A stretch of DNA of 64,000 bases from Camelus dromedarius (GCF_036321535.1 NC_087436.1:27654001-27718000); one strand, 5' to 3'. Shown: positions 38,579 to 52,440, counted from the first letter of the stretch. The notes: a model not told the origin generated them from the letters alone. Numbers and translations: made by a program.

Positions 38579-39889
38579 TTTCTTTTTAAAAATATTCTTA
38601 TTGAAGTATAGTCAGTTTACAATGTGTCAATTTCTGGTGTACAGCATAATGCTTCAGTCATACGGGAACATACATACATTCGTTTTCATATTCTTTTTCA
38701 CCATAAGTTACTATAAGATATTGAAGATAGTTCCCTGTGCTATACAGTAGAAACTTGTTATTTATCTATTTTATATATAGTAGTTAGTATCTGTAAATCT
38801 CAAACTCCCAATTTATCCCTTCTCACCCCTATCCCCCCAGGTAACCATAAGTTTGTTTACTATGTCTGTGAGTCTATTTCTGTTTTGTAAATAAGTTTGT
38901 CTTTTTTTTTTTTTTTCAGATTCCACATATAAGTGATATAATATGGTATTTTTCTTTATGGCCCACTTCACTTAGAATGACATTCTCCAGGGCATCCATG
39001 TTGCTGCAAATGGCATTATTTTAATATTTTTTATGGCCAAGTAGGATTCCATTGTATAAATATACCACAGCTTCTTTATCCAATTATCTGTGGATGGACA
39101 TTCAGGTTGTTTCCATGTCTTGGCTACTGTAAATAGTGCTGCTATGAACATTGGAGTGCATGTGTCTTTTTGAATTAAGGCTCCCTCTGGATATATGTCC
39201 AGGAGTGGGATTGTTGGATCATATGGTAAATCTATTTGGAATACCCCCTTCACACCATACACATAAGTAAACTGAAAATGGCTTAAAGAGTTAAACGTAA
39301 GACAAGACACTATAAACCTCTTAGAAGAAACCATAGGCAAAACATTATCTGACATAAATCTCAGCAATGTTCTCCTAGGGCAGTCTACTGAAGCAATAGA
39401 AATAAAAGCAAAAATAAACAAATGGGACCTAATTAAACTTAAAAGTTTTTGCATAGCAAAGGATACCATAAGCAAAACAGGAAGACAACCTACAAAATGG
39501 GAGAAAATATTTGCAAAAGATGAGACTGACAAGGGCTTAATCTTCAGAATATCTAAACAGCTCATACAAATTAATGAGAAAAAAAAAAAACAACCCAATC
39601 CAAAAATGGGCAGAAAATACAAGCAATTCTCCAATGAAGACACACAAATGGCCAATAGGCACATGAAAAAAATGCTCAATATCATTAATTATCAGAGAAA
39701 TGCAAATCAAAGCTACAATGAGGTATCACCTCACACCAGTCAGAATGGCCATCATTCAGAAGTCCACGAATGATAAATGCTGGAGAGGGTGTGGAGAAAA
39801 GGGAACCCTCCTACACTGTTGGTGGGAGTGTAGTTTGGTACAGCCATTATGGAAAACAGTATGCAGATTACTCAAAAAACTAAAAATAG
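38579..39889. mobile_element. Young L1 with 5' inversion: 3' part on minus strand (~38579-39237), upstream ORF2 part on plus strand (~39238-39889)
   Basis: The minus arm encodes IDLPYDPTIPLLDIYP...CTPMFIAALFTVAKTWKQP...IMPFAATWM. The plus arm encodes [13 protein letters not shown]...[19 protein letters not shown]...LKKLKI. TSD attcaatgtctttc (38565-38578) and attcaatttctttc (39895-39908), 13/14 identical. Confidence 0.93.
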
Positions 39890-42800
39890 GCTTTATTCAA
39901 TTTCTTTCCATTGTGTTGGAGCATACTACTTACACATCTTCTCACCATAGAGTCTTCAATATTAGGAAGACAAAATTAATGGCACACATTTATTAAAACT
40001 TTAGTTCTGCTTGTATCTAATAAAATGTTAGCCTCCTATAAAGAATTTGTTGAAGGTGAAACTCCCATATTTAAAAATTTCAAGTTACAAATGTAGAGTA
40101 GCCTGGTCAGCAACTTTCAGGATCCATCAACTTCTACTTCATACAACTAGAGAATATAAATGCATCAGAAAGGGTACACAATCTGAAATGTTTCAATGAG
40201 GCTGAATAAATTAAATTAGCATAGTGATGGGATTTTATATCCCCTGCCTATGGCACCCTGAGTTTGGGCTTAAGGAAAGGATTGAGTGCTCTGTTTATTT
40301 ATGGGATACTCGTTGGAAATTTAAACAAATGGAATAAACTCATTTCTCCATTATGCTTATGATATATGGCACTCTGCCATTTGAAGGTAGATATTTAAAC
40401 ACAGCTTGTGTTTTCATGGACAAGGGGTAGCAAGTAGTTTTTACTCACTTGTTAGAAGAATACAAAGCAAATAAAATCTTTTCTTGGTAGGATTAATGAA
40501 ATTAAATAAACCATTATATGCAGATATCTTGGACACTCTCTAAATTACACATAATGATTAAAATCATTATTATCAATATTAGCCAAGTTATTTACTAATG
40601 TAAGAAACCAGCATGAAAAATAATGCAATATATACATTTATAAAGTAGACAGAATGCTGGGGAAGAGAGTATGTGCTGGGAAGACGTACAATTTGTAGAA
40701 TAACTTTGGAAAAGGCACAGGAATGTTAAATCCAAGTCACCCCTTCCTGTGGGTCATACTGAAATGGAAATTAGTAGAAAGCAGCCTTTCCTGTTCATGG
40801 AACGTGAGAGTGGTGGCGAAACAGGTGAGACAGTTTGCAAATTATTCACAATTTTATCTACCTAACTGTCTTGAGCAAAAGCTAGGTTCTTGAAGTCAGT
40901 TATAGATCTGAATGCTTTATAAACTTGGCAGACTTTCAGGCTCACCTAACCTGTACACAGCAGCTTTTCATCTGCCACTTACTCACTACTAACTCTCAGA
41001 TTTTCATCAGGAACAATCTACCTGTCATGGTCATACACTTATTTAACAAACAATAGATCAATGAACACCATGTGCCAAGTATTCAGCTAAACATTGGGGA
41101 GTAAAATGATTATAAAAACCAAATAAGTATGTATGTGTTTCATGTAATAGGAGTTCATGAAATATTGGTTTTATCTTCTCTAACTGTGCTTATATTCAAT
41201 AACAAGCTATTTTTCTGAATTCTAAAATTTCTTTTAGGAATGTTGCTTATGAAAATAGAGTAGTAAAATGGTAACCAACATGTGCATGAGCTCTTTATTT
41301 CTACATGAACTGAATAAATCCATAAGTCTTTCATCTCTAAGGATAGTGGCTATTTAATGTAAAATAAAAAAGTATATTTGGTTTATTACATGTTTATTTT
41401 CACTAGTGAAGAATCCCTTTACTTTGACTAGAAATTAGGTAAGAAAGCAAATATGGAAACGTAGCCACCTGCAATTTCTCAGTGATAAAACTGCAGCTTA
41501 AGTGTCAGAGTGACTTAACCAAGTTTCTTTGGAGTTATGTTCATTTTTAAATCAAAATAATCAAGTGAACCTATCTTACTCTTTATAGTAAAAAGGAACA
41601 AATAGAATATTAATATAGATCTAAATAGGATTCTTTTAATCCTATTATATTACACTAATAAGCTATGTCTCCTTGAATATAAACTTGTCTGATTAGCTAC
41701 AGAATACATACCTGAGCGTATTGGTCAAAATTTCACAGATCATCTGTGTTGATACAGCCCTAACATGCTAATTGTCCAACTGGACAAATCCAAACTGTCC
41801 AACTTCAAATCAATGCCATCAGAAAGACAATCATAATGTGTATTAACTACAGCTGAAATTTATAGCATGGTAACAACAGATGTTATATGATTGATTTGGT
41901 GTTCTGAATATAAAGAAAAGTGAAGGACCTTAATATATGGAGACCTGAGAAAGCAACTACTCTCAGTGCAATGAGATCCGCTGTGAGAGAGCCGCCCTGT
42001 TGGATCAGCCTGAGGTTTAACACGCTCGTCTGCGTGACAGGCCAGAGGAGAACCAGTTCCTTTCCATAGGAATGCAGGGAAAGACTCAAGCTATCAGGTT
42101 TAATCTTGAAATTATATTTGGTGTATCCTGATCTTCTTTAAAAGATGCAGATTAAACTATTCCTAAGAGATAAGAGCATATTCTGCCAGACCAACATTTT
42201 ATTTTAAAAAAAATGTTCAATATCTAGTTACTTTTTGCACTACAAAAAAAAACGTATATTTGAAATGTGCATTACTGTATCTTGTCCTGGTATTCTCCCC
42301 TGGTAAGGTGCTGTTACTCTTAAATAGAAGTTTATTTAGAAATTAATCAGGTGTTTACATAAACATATCATGAACTGTTTTTCAATATAACAAGATATTG
42401 TTTACATGAACTTACCAAAGAATTACTTATCAATAAATCAGCTTGTTCTTATCCTAATCTAGCAAAAGTTTCGTTTAAAAATGTCATAAATTAAGAAAGC
42501 ACTAATATCATTAGAAATTAAACTTATCTTAAAATTTTTTATTCTAAATATCTTTTAAGAAATTCTCTTTTCTGGATTCAAATATATCTCTCTAAGTATA
42601 TTCTGTGGTATTTATGTTTTAACAAACATACTCAAGTTTTGTAGGAATAAAAAGCAGTTCTAGTTGCTTATTATTCTGTCATCCATATCAGTAAACTATG
42701 TGAACTTGATTATTTTGAGGGAATACAGCTAATCTCCTTAGTTTTTCCAGTAACTCAAGGCAACAGCATCCATTAGAGACCTCTTTGGAATTGCAGACAC

Positions 42801-43789
42801 AGAGCAGAGGAAACAAGTCTCTAAGGTGTACACTTTACAGGCCACACATGATTTCAGTGATGGCAAATGTCATAGAAACATTTTAAGTACAGCAGCTTTC
42901 CAATTCTTTAGTATACTTAATTTATCTTCTTTTCCCATGTCTGGCAAAATCACTAGGAAAAAAAAATTTATAAGACAAGAACTTTAAATGACTGGATTAG
43001 ATATATTAAGGACAGGAGTAATGGAAATAGTGATATTGTGAGGTATCTAAGTTTTGATGGTAGTGTGAACATCGGAGTCAGCAGAGACTGGAGACTGGTC
43101 TTTGAAAGTACGATCTAGGTACACCAGGCATGAGGTGCTGATATAATACACGAGGCTAATGGAAAAGGAAACATGGAAATTTGTACCAAAAACAGCATAG
43201 GGAAGGAAGCTACAGAATCCGGTGTCTTTCCTACTATGAATGAGATCCATGGTGGAAGAGGCAATTCCAAACATTTTGAATCTACCATTGAAATATCTCA
43301 ATTTCATATATTACGCAGACACAAGAGGAGACTTTACAAATTGAGTGTTTTTACAAAAGTATATACCACTGTGATGTAGCATAAAACAGTCAGAAATAAC
43401 AGAGATATCTGATATTTTCTAATAATTAATTTTTTATAATTAACATGCTCTAATAAACATGTACAAATGTATCCTTGGTTAATATTTAATATTTGAGAGT
43501 TTAATGGTTCTGCTGTTTTCTGCTAAGAGTGGCAGAACACTGAAATAATAGCAGCTACCCAGGTAAGTTCATTTAATTACTTCAGACGAAACATGTGCCT
43601 GGATTTAGCCAGTCCTAAGAGCTGGTTATAAGGTTTGATGACCTCGGGATGCTACACTAAATATATTTGATTGTTTTGGCCTATTTTTTTGTGTAAGATG
43701 GTTGTAGCCACTTCAAAGATCTGCAGTTAAAACATAGGTTAATAATAAATAGACTAACAAAAATCAAAAACAAATAAATATGTATAATA

Positions 43790-44300
43790 AAACTCTCCTC
43801 TTCTCTAAAAAGTCTCTCTTTCTTGGAGGAAAATACCTTTCCCAGTTCTTTACTCCATCTGGTTACCAACACCCATTTTCTGATACTTTTTGAGGGAAAC
43901 TCCTTGAGAGACTTGTCTACATTTTTTTTCCCACTTCCTCTCCTTCAATAATTTCTTGAACTCATTCACATTTTTATTTGATCCACATCAAATAAAATGA
44001 ATCCATAAATTAATTTTTAGGTCCCAAGATGATATATTCAGCAGTCAATTCATTTCATTTCCTTTCTACTTCAACAGTAGTGTCTTCTTAATCTCTTCAT
44101 TGCATCCTCCATATCCTTGACCACTAGTTTATATTCAGCTTTTTATATCTTTCAAATAAAATTTAATTTCCATGAGGGTAAAGAGTTTTACATATTTTGT
44201 TTCATTTTGTTTTGTTTTTTTGGTAGCCTCAGGATTTAGAACAATTTGTAACAACTAGTACATCGTCAAGGAATATTCCTAATCTAAGGAATTAATAAAA
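43790..44300 (+). mobile_element. L2 fragment(s)
   Basis: 'aaactccttgagagacttgtctacatt...ccacttcctctccttc' and the 3' end 'tttccatgagggtaaagag...cctcaggatttagaacaatt...aaggaattaataaa'. Confidence 0.6.
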
Positions 44301-47300
44301 ATGTGAATAACTTGTCTTCAAGACAATGTTATATTGAAAAGAGGGTACATGTAATGGAATGTTATCCCATAGTCCCACTATTATACTCATTAATTACTGT
44401 TTATATTTTGTTTAACTAGACTATCATGTCTCCTTTGTGTTAGCAGAAAAGATTTTCCCAGAAATTAGGAATGGAATATACTATAAAATGAAATTGTATA
44501 ATTTATACTTGAATTTTCTTAAACTATATTACTAGTCACTGGTATAAACTAAGTGCATAATTAAATAGCTGTGTAGACCAATTCCAGGATAACACCTATA
44601 TACATTTACCTCATGGAACATAGGCTGAGGTCAGAACAAACCTGTGAACCAACAACTAAATTTTCTCATCATGTCATTATTGTTTCATTTTTAGTCATCC
44701 CTAGAATAGAACATTGTCATCTACACAACTGATTACTGAGTAGCTTTCAAAAGCAAAACAGAATAAATCAAAAAAATCTTAACATTAGAGTGAAGTCTCC
44801 CCCAAAATTAGATATTCATATATGTATAAACATTTGTACAATTCAATTTCTTGACTAACAGTGATATAAATTAGAAGTGTCATCAAAGTGATTTAGCTTC
44901 ACAGGATAGAACGGTCCTGATGTTTGTATTTTCTGAGAATTTTTGAGGTTTAAACCTAATCTAATTTGCCTTTTGATTGCTGGTTTGGTAAAGCAAGATG
45001 GAAATATTTACATATTTGGTCTGTATGTTTTTGTTGCTTCACTTAAATTGCTGATTTTATCAAATATTGGCCTTTTTATGGAACTAAAAAAATTGAACAA
45101 TATACGTATTTCAAAATACATATACAGTACATTTTCTTGTTCCTTTTGGGTGTTTACAACTCTTCATTTTCTTTAATATGCTATATGATAGCTAAACATG
45201 TTTTGATAGAGCACAGACAAAAACGTATCAGATTTAAGAGAGTTATTTGGATTTGCTTAGCATACCAGAATATATATATCAACTCTTCAGTTTGCAAAAT
45301 ATAGCAAAAAAAAAATGAATATGAAAATAGCATCTAAAAATTCACAATGAATAAAATTTAGCATTCAAGAAATTCCAAGAAGGCATTTTTATTGTCATAT
45401 TTTAACTGCAATTAAAGTTTATTTGGGGTTAAATGCCTGCAAAGTTCTAGTCTAAATTGGGGACAGTTTATTATTTCAAAGTTTGTTACCTGTAGCTACT
45501 TCCAGAGTTCCAAGGAGCAAAGATCAGCTTGACGTAAGGTCATAGTTGACTAAGCATAACAATGAGCTTGAGTAAAAGTGAAATGCCCTTATGGCTACAA
45601 GCAAGAATGACCCACCTTTCCTGACATTTACTGCCTTCTATGGTTTTGCAAGCCTTTCTTCTCTGCTGGATTTCTTTGCAGTACACACAGAGAAAAATTT
45701 CCCAAGTGATTATTTCTTTTTTGAACTGATACTACAAAAGAGCAACTCTCATTTTTTTTTAAGTGCCATGGATTTTTAACACACAGGTAATGCTGAAAAC
45801 ATAAATGTCTCTGCAGAAGTCATATTCTCATGCCCTTTATTGATATACATTGGCATCACAGGAAATGGAAATAATAGAAGGGCAGTAAAGACTTAGAGAT
45901 TCTCAAAGTAAAAATGCACCCTGCTAGCAACTTGTTTTCTACATTACTTAAGAATAAGACTAAGTGGAGAAAAGGCATGTGGAGATCCAGGCACTTTTAG
46001 AATTTAATGTAGAGTAAAACCAAACTGTAAGACAAGGTGATAAAATGTCAACTGACACATGCTAGAACCTGTCATTTATTGCCTGAATGACAGTTACTTC
46101 TTTTTGATAATTTTTACCTTGATGGTAGATAACCAAAGAGAACTTCTTCCTCAACCTCACAGTCATAGTATGTATTTGTGTAGAAAGTTGCCTAAATATT
46201 TATAATGCTGATTGTAAATTATCCTGAAAAAAATAAATTTTAAGTTTGGTGTGAGATACAGCTTTTAAGACGTATTATACTCAATTGGACTATTGTCAAA
46301 TTGACTATAATTGACTATTGACTACTGCATTCAATTGACTACTGTAGTATATGGTTTTTCACATTATTTATGTCCTATATTTAAGTTTTTAAGCAAATTG
46401 TGAATGTAATATTTAAACATTGAACATTTAGATTAGAAAACAATCACTCCCCTCCCTTATTCTACTCTTAGTCTCACTCCTCAGAGGCAATCACAACTAT
46501 ATATTTCTGCTCTTAACACTTTGGGTTGTCATTTCATCTCTAAATAATATGAAAATCTTATTATTTTGATATATCAGAGCTGGAGACCATTGATTTTTTT
46601 TTTTTTTCATATCACCTCTAATTGACGAAGTCGCTATTTCTGCAATGACCACATCTGGATTGTGAGACCACATACCAAAGTTCCATTACTTATGCTAACA
46701 ATCTTAAATATGCTTCATTCCTCATTTTTTAGAATAAAAATGAAGTATATTTGTCCTTCTTTCCATCTCTTTCACATTCTAGCTTTCTACCTTTAAGAAA
46801 AGAAAGGAAGGAAAGGAGGGAGGGAGGGGGAAACTTTAGTATTGTCAATGGTGTCCTATTCACATATAAGTATTTTGACATTTATCCTTAGGGTTAAAGA
46901 AGTTAAAAACCAATAAATAGCATAAAATAATTTTGATAGTGCAAATATCATTTAAATTGCACTGAGTATTTTCTTATGACAATATCTCATTATCTAATAT
47001 TCTCTTTTTATTTTTAGTTTATTATGATAATCATTCATTTTTGTGCTCTAAATTTTCTATTGATTTCTTCTTGTTGTTTGTAATACTTTAATTTTTCTTC
47101 TGGAATTGGTCTCTTGTAGTAGATTTGTTTTCTTATTCTTTGAATTCAAACTCCACACAAAATTCTTTGAGGACAATAATTGGAAGTGATCTTTTGATTT
47201 GTTTGTTCATGTTAATTTTTAACATTTTCTCAATATCCAAAATGATCACCATATCAGATTTTTTTTAACTTTTTTCTTTCTTTTTCTCTTTCAGTAGGTC

Positions 47301-47469
47301 TTTGTACGCTGCAGTCTTTCTCTAAACACTTACTGATTCTGGTTTATCCACTGATATTTGTGAATAAGACTCTGCAAATTTTAAATGCATAACAGAACAA
47401 CAGAGTTGGTCAGCTAGCTGTCTTTGGCTTTGGATGAGCAGATGAGCAAATGAGCAGCCAGCAGTGACA

Positions 47470-47812
47470 CTGAGGGACACATACATTTCAAAAACACAAA
47501 GGTCACCCTCCTGGAACCTGTGCTGGACCTTCTGTTTGCTCGTCCATCTCCTCCCTAGGCCCCTATACCTGCTGCATCAGCCACAGCTCTTGTTAGTTCC
47601 CGTCCACCTCTTTCTCCCTCCCCCTGCCCCTTCAGGCCTCCAGGTGACCAAGTGACCATTGCCCCCTGCTGTTTCTAGACCTAGGGGCTTCAATATCCTT
47701 AACTGATTTCCATTAATCCTGCCAGCACCTCTGTGAATTAGTGCCTTCAACACATTCTCCTCCGTCACTCTGGTGGAATGCGCCGTGTTTCCTGGTGGCA
47801 TCCTGATGGAAT
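47470..47812 (+). mobile_element. ERVL LTR33-like LTR
   Basis: 'ccccctgccccttcaggcct...ccctgctgtttctagacctaggggcttc...acctctgtgaattagtgccttcaac...gtggaatgcgccgtgtttcctggtggcatcctgatggaata'. Confidence 0.75.
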
Positions 47813-48249
47813 ATCTAACACACAGAAGACATGGCCTAGTTCCACTAAGGTACTAAGACAGTGAAGTCATTTTGTAAAGAAAAGAAAATCCAGCATTTTT
47901 TTTTTCAATTTGGGATTAAGCCATCCTACAATGCAGATATTCAACTGACTCCCCTGCCGACCTTGCACTCAGCCATTCCCAACCTCACTTTTCCCCTCCT
48001 CCCTTTAAAACATGTGTTCTCCCAGAAAGCTTCCTCTGAGTATGGCAGACAAGTCTGTTCTCTCGGCTTCAGCTCTCTCAGAACTTTCCCAGTTGGTCTT
48101 CTTCAGCTTTGTTCCCACAACAGATTTTATGGGACACAGGAGAAGAAATTATTGTATTGGTTCTATTGTCCTCACTAAACTGAAAAATCTCTTCCTTTAG
48201 CTTATTTTAAATTGAGACATAAGGTGTCATTTTTATTTTATTTAAAAAA

Positions 48250-48940
48250 TTAAAAAAAAAAAACACCTATGAGGTATAAAATGTAATCTTTATACAAATC
48301 TATGCTCTGGGATTTCTTATTCCCATCCCTTTACCCTTTTGTTCTAATACCGTCCAGCTCTTACTGGTAACACTTTCTGTTCATTTTGCCTTACTCTTTA
48401 CAATACTTCTTATTGTAAAATAAACAAAGACATAAGTCATATTTTATACAACCATTAACATATACACCCATGGTTGTGTCTATTTTTAAAATAAAAATCT
48501 TTGGAATCCTTTCATTTCTGTGTACAGGTCTTATTTGATTTCATCTTGTATGTTACACTCAGAATTCCACTGTGTGTAGATATACCATATTTTATGTAAT
48601 CTTTTCTTTATTAATGGGCATTTGGGCTGTTTACAGTATTTTTCTATACAAAACAAATTTGCATTGGCAAGTGTGGAAATTCAAGGAAGATTATTAGTAG
48701 TAGGATCGCTAGGTCAAACTGTAAATTAATATACAGAGAGACAGAAAGATAATCTTGTTAGATGTCAAATTCATCTCTGCAGGAGTTGTATGATTCTGAA
48801 CTCCCACAGACTCCCAACAGAATGTTCTGTCCAATTTTTGGGTTTGTGCCAATATGATAAGTGAGAACTAGATTTTCATAGTATTAATTTGCATTTCTCT
48901 TATTATGAGTGAGTTTGAGTATTTTTCATAATTTAAAGGT
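48250..48940 (-). mobile_element. Old L1 (L1M) 3' end
   Basis: 'taatgggcatttgggctgtttacagtattttt', 'ggatcgctaggtcaaa', 'aatttgcatttctcttattatgagtgagtttgagtatttttcat'. Confidence 0.75.
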
Positions 48941-48959
48941 CATAAGAATAATACTGAAT

Positions 48960-49470
48960 AGAAATAGGTAAGAAACAAATCATATGTAAAACAAATTATT
49001 GAAATTGGTACTTATAATATTAATTCATGTCATGGAAAGATTTTAATGATATATTAAGTGATAAATTCTTATAAAGCAGCAAACTATTCTTAGCCTTAAA
49101 AGCCTATCTTTTATGATTGTTGACCACTATAGGTCCTTCCCTAGAAGTATGCAGATGTAAGCAGAATGAATATTAGACTTTTTCTTAAAGTTATATTTAA
49201 TTACAACATAAAAATAAATTTATAAAGTTTATATAAATTTAAGATATTACTGATACAATTATTGCATTTTTAAATATATACTTATACATATATTTACCTG
49301 TGTATCAAGTCTTAAAAAATAAAAAGTTTAAATTAAAATGTTAACTATGATTATCTCTAAGATGTTAGGATCAAAAATGATTTTTAAGTACTACTCACAA
49401 CTTTAAATATATACTTTTAATTTTCTTATGATGAACATATATCTCTTTTATGATTTGAAAAATAATTATT
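48960..49470 (+). mobile_element. Old L1 (L1ME-type) 3' end
   Basis: 'catggaaagattttaatgatatattaagtga...aaaatgttaactatgattatctct...ttttcttatgatgaacatatatctcttttatgattt'. Confidence 0.6.
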
Positions 49471-50329
49471 TTTATTTTAATAGAAAATCAGAAATTGTAT
49501 AAATTGGTATCATTGACCCTGGCTATTTTTCTAAAGATTTGAACTTTTATATAAGCTGAGTCATATTTCAATGTTCTTCTATTAATTATTTTAAAAAGTC
49601 TTTTGCTTTGCATCTTTGGAAAACATAACTATAAATATTAATGAAACTAGAAAAAATTGCCCTAGAATTAATTAGCAATAGGCTAAAATTTGTACTACAC
49701 ATAGTCTTGTTATTTTTTCCAGTTTGTTTCTGAAGTGTTCTGAAAGGTGAATTACTTCTTCAACGGTTGTCTTTAAATTTTTCTGCTAGCTTCTTGAGGG
49801 CAGGGTCAAACTGTTTGTATTTATTTCTTCAGAGCCTAGCTAAATATGTCAAAAATAAAACATAGTCAATAAATATATTTAAGATAAGAAATGGATAAAT
49901 ACTGAAGTGCTGGAATCAACACAATAAACATACATTAAGTATGTTAAATCATTGTATAATTCCAACTTCTTTTACCAAGTATGAACTGCCACAGATTGGA
50001 TACATGTGCTTGCACATAAAAGATTTTTTAAAAAAGCAATCTCAGTGAATTACATAAAGTGCTAAACATAATTGTATCTTGTTCATTAAACAAATTTTTG
50101 ACTAGTTTCTATAATCTGATTCTGTATTAGAAACTAGATACATACAATGAACAAAACAGGCATGGTCTCTACTCTTCTAGAACTTAAATTCTGTGGAAAA
50201 GATATAATGAACAAATAAACAAAAGACTAATCATGAAAAATTTAAATTGAGATGAAGAAAGCTAATTCCATAAATTAAAAAAAATAAATATATGAGTGAT
50301 TTAGATTTGATGGACTGTGAAAGCTGTTG

Positions 50330-51300
50330 AATTTGAGGATGTTATGCTACAAAATATTTAACTGATACAGACATTATTTGAAAAGTTCACTAAAACTGGT
50401 AAATTTATTATGACCCTCCTTACAGAAAAATAAACTGAACAAATGTATACAAGTCTAAGAACGAAAACAAGATGTAACTAAAACTACAGAAGGCTTTTAA
50501 TCATCTACTATGTAATATGCAGCAATTTAAAGATAATACATTCTAAAAATTAAATATAACTTCAAGCAAAACATATATTGTCAAAAATACCCTAATAGGA
50601 GAGTGCTTGAAAAAACTACAATAACAGAGTTTTAAAAGAGATTGAAGAACTCAATTAAAACTGGCACTAGGAACAGATGGCTTTTCTAATTTCTACTTAA
50701 TTATAAAGAGCAGATAGTCCCAAAGTTATTTAGATTTTTCCTAATCAGAAGGAAGGATCAAAGTCTTCTCTATATATGTTTTTAAGTAAGCATGACCGTA
50801 ATTTAAAGAAAAAAGTAGTGTAAGAGGATACAAGAAAGTCATAGGTTGGTTTCATTAATGAATATCAGCACAAAGCTCTATGTAAAGTATAATCTCTGTC
50901 ACCCATCACAGAATACTAAGAATAAGCCTTTATGAACAACGAGTATTCATTCCATGAATCCAAAATATTTCAATAGTAGGAAACATCAAAATAGTCTATT
51001 ATGGTAAATGTACACAGAGTCATACAAATAGATGTTAAAAATTCTTGATAAAAGTCAAACAACTATTAAAAAGTCAGTGATTCTCTGTTAATAGAGAGAA
51101 ACTAAAATGGTATTTATAATGACTTATAGAAAGTTAAAGGGAAAAAATACTTAAACATTTAGTACTAAATTCAACAAGAAAGAGAAATAATATTAAGAAA
51201 ATTCTAAAATCATATTTAAGGTCCTAAAAGAATTTTTTTTTAATAAAAAAAGATAACTTGCCTTAGTAATTGGACATTTAAATATAAAATTGCCAAATTT
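50330..51300 (+). mobile_element. Very old L1/HAL1-like fragment
   Basis: A-rich degenerate ORF2-like text: 'ggcactaggaacagatggcttt', 'tcattaatgaatatcagcacaaag', 'gagtattcattccatgaatccaaaatatttcaatagtaggaaa'. Confidence 0.55.
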
Positions 51301-51375
51301 GAAAAATATATGTGTGTGCATATATTTGCTTATATGTACTTGCACTGTTGAACTAGAACCTATAACATAAGCTTT

Positions 51376-51625
51376 GTTCTGTTTGTTTATTTGTTTTTAA
51401 TGCTGCCTTGACCCAGTTTTGAGGCCCTGGCTAAATGCAGGTCAATCCCCCTTCAGGAGCAGCTGATTAAATCCACATCCCAACTACTCCCTTTGTCAGG
51501 TTCTCATGCTCCAGGGGTCACTATGTACTGACTCTAATTGTCCAGGACCAGGTACCTAACAACTAAAGACAACCCCCAAGCCCGGAGCATCATTTTTCAA
51601 AGTAGCCAGCTGAGAGGCCGCTTTA
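51376..51625 (+). mobile_element. ERVL MER74/MER73-like LTR, 3'-truncated
   Basis: Starts TGTTCT. 'ccacatcccaactactccctttgtcaggttctcatgctcc...cactat...ccaggaccaggtacctaacaactaaagacaacccc...ttcaaagtagcca' resembles MER74-family LTRs. Confidence 0.7.
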
Positions 51626-52209
51626 GCCCTGACAGTGCAAACCTCATCACTGGAGGTAGACTGGGGAAGGCTCAGAAGGAGAGACAACTGTCCATCAGGC
51701 ACACTACTCTGGCTCCCTGCCCTGACCCCACAGTGCATCCATTATCAAATGGAGACAAACTAAAAGCCTTGGTTTTAGGTGGCTGGAAGCCCCAAAAGAG
51801 AGGTGGGGTGGGAACACCCTGAGGGTGGGAAAAGGTGGGGCTGAAGTAGAGGATGGGTTCAATCCCAAACCTCTGGCCTGTGGGTCCAGTGACCTACAGC
51901 TACACCACTGCTGCCCCCACCTCAGGGTTAGAGGAGAAAACACCCGCGGTACCCCTGGGGCACAGTCAAGGGGTTAATTCAAACCCAACTGAAACCCGAG
52001 CTCCTTAAGGCACATATCCATTGCCACGGGGGATGTCTCTACCCTGAGACAAAATTGACGTGAGGCTATCTAGACCAAAGACATGTAAATACGATTCACA
52101 GTGAAGAGAACTTGCACCCCTACCCCAACTCGCATGTACACCCAAATATATCCAGTGACAAAAACAAGAAGAATGGAATTTAAAGACACTTGCATATAGG
52201 TTGAAGAAA

Positions 52210-52210
<1 letters not shown>

Positions 52211-52240
<30 letters not shown>
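52211..52240. repeat. (TAAA)n tetranucleotide repeat, about 7 units
   Basis: Directly visible. Confidence 0.95.
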
Positions 52241-52440
52241 CACACACATATTTACATATTTTTGTTATTAAATTAAAATAAAGTTCCATAATTTGACCCA
52301 ATATAAATCTAAAGTTTACTAATATAATTTATATAGTTAAAAGATTTAAAGGGTGCTGATTGGTTTGGTTTGTGTGTTACAACTTGAATCCTAAATTAAC
52401 TTAAACACTTGCTAAAATGCATGAATTGTCAAAGCTTCAG

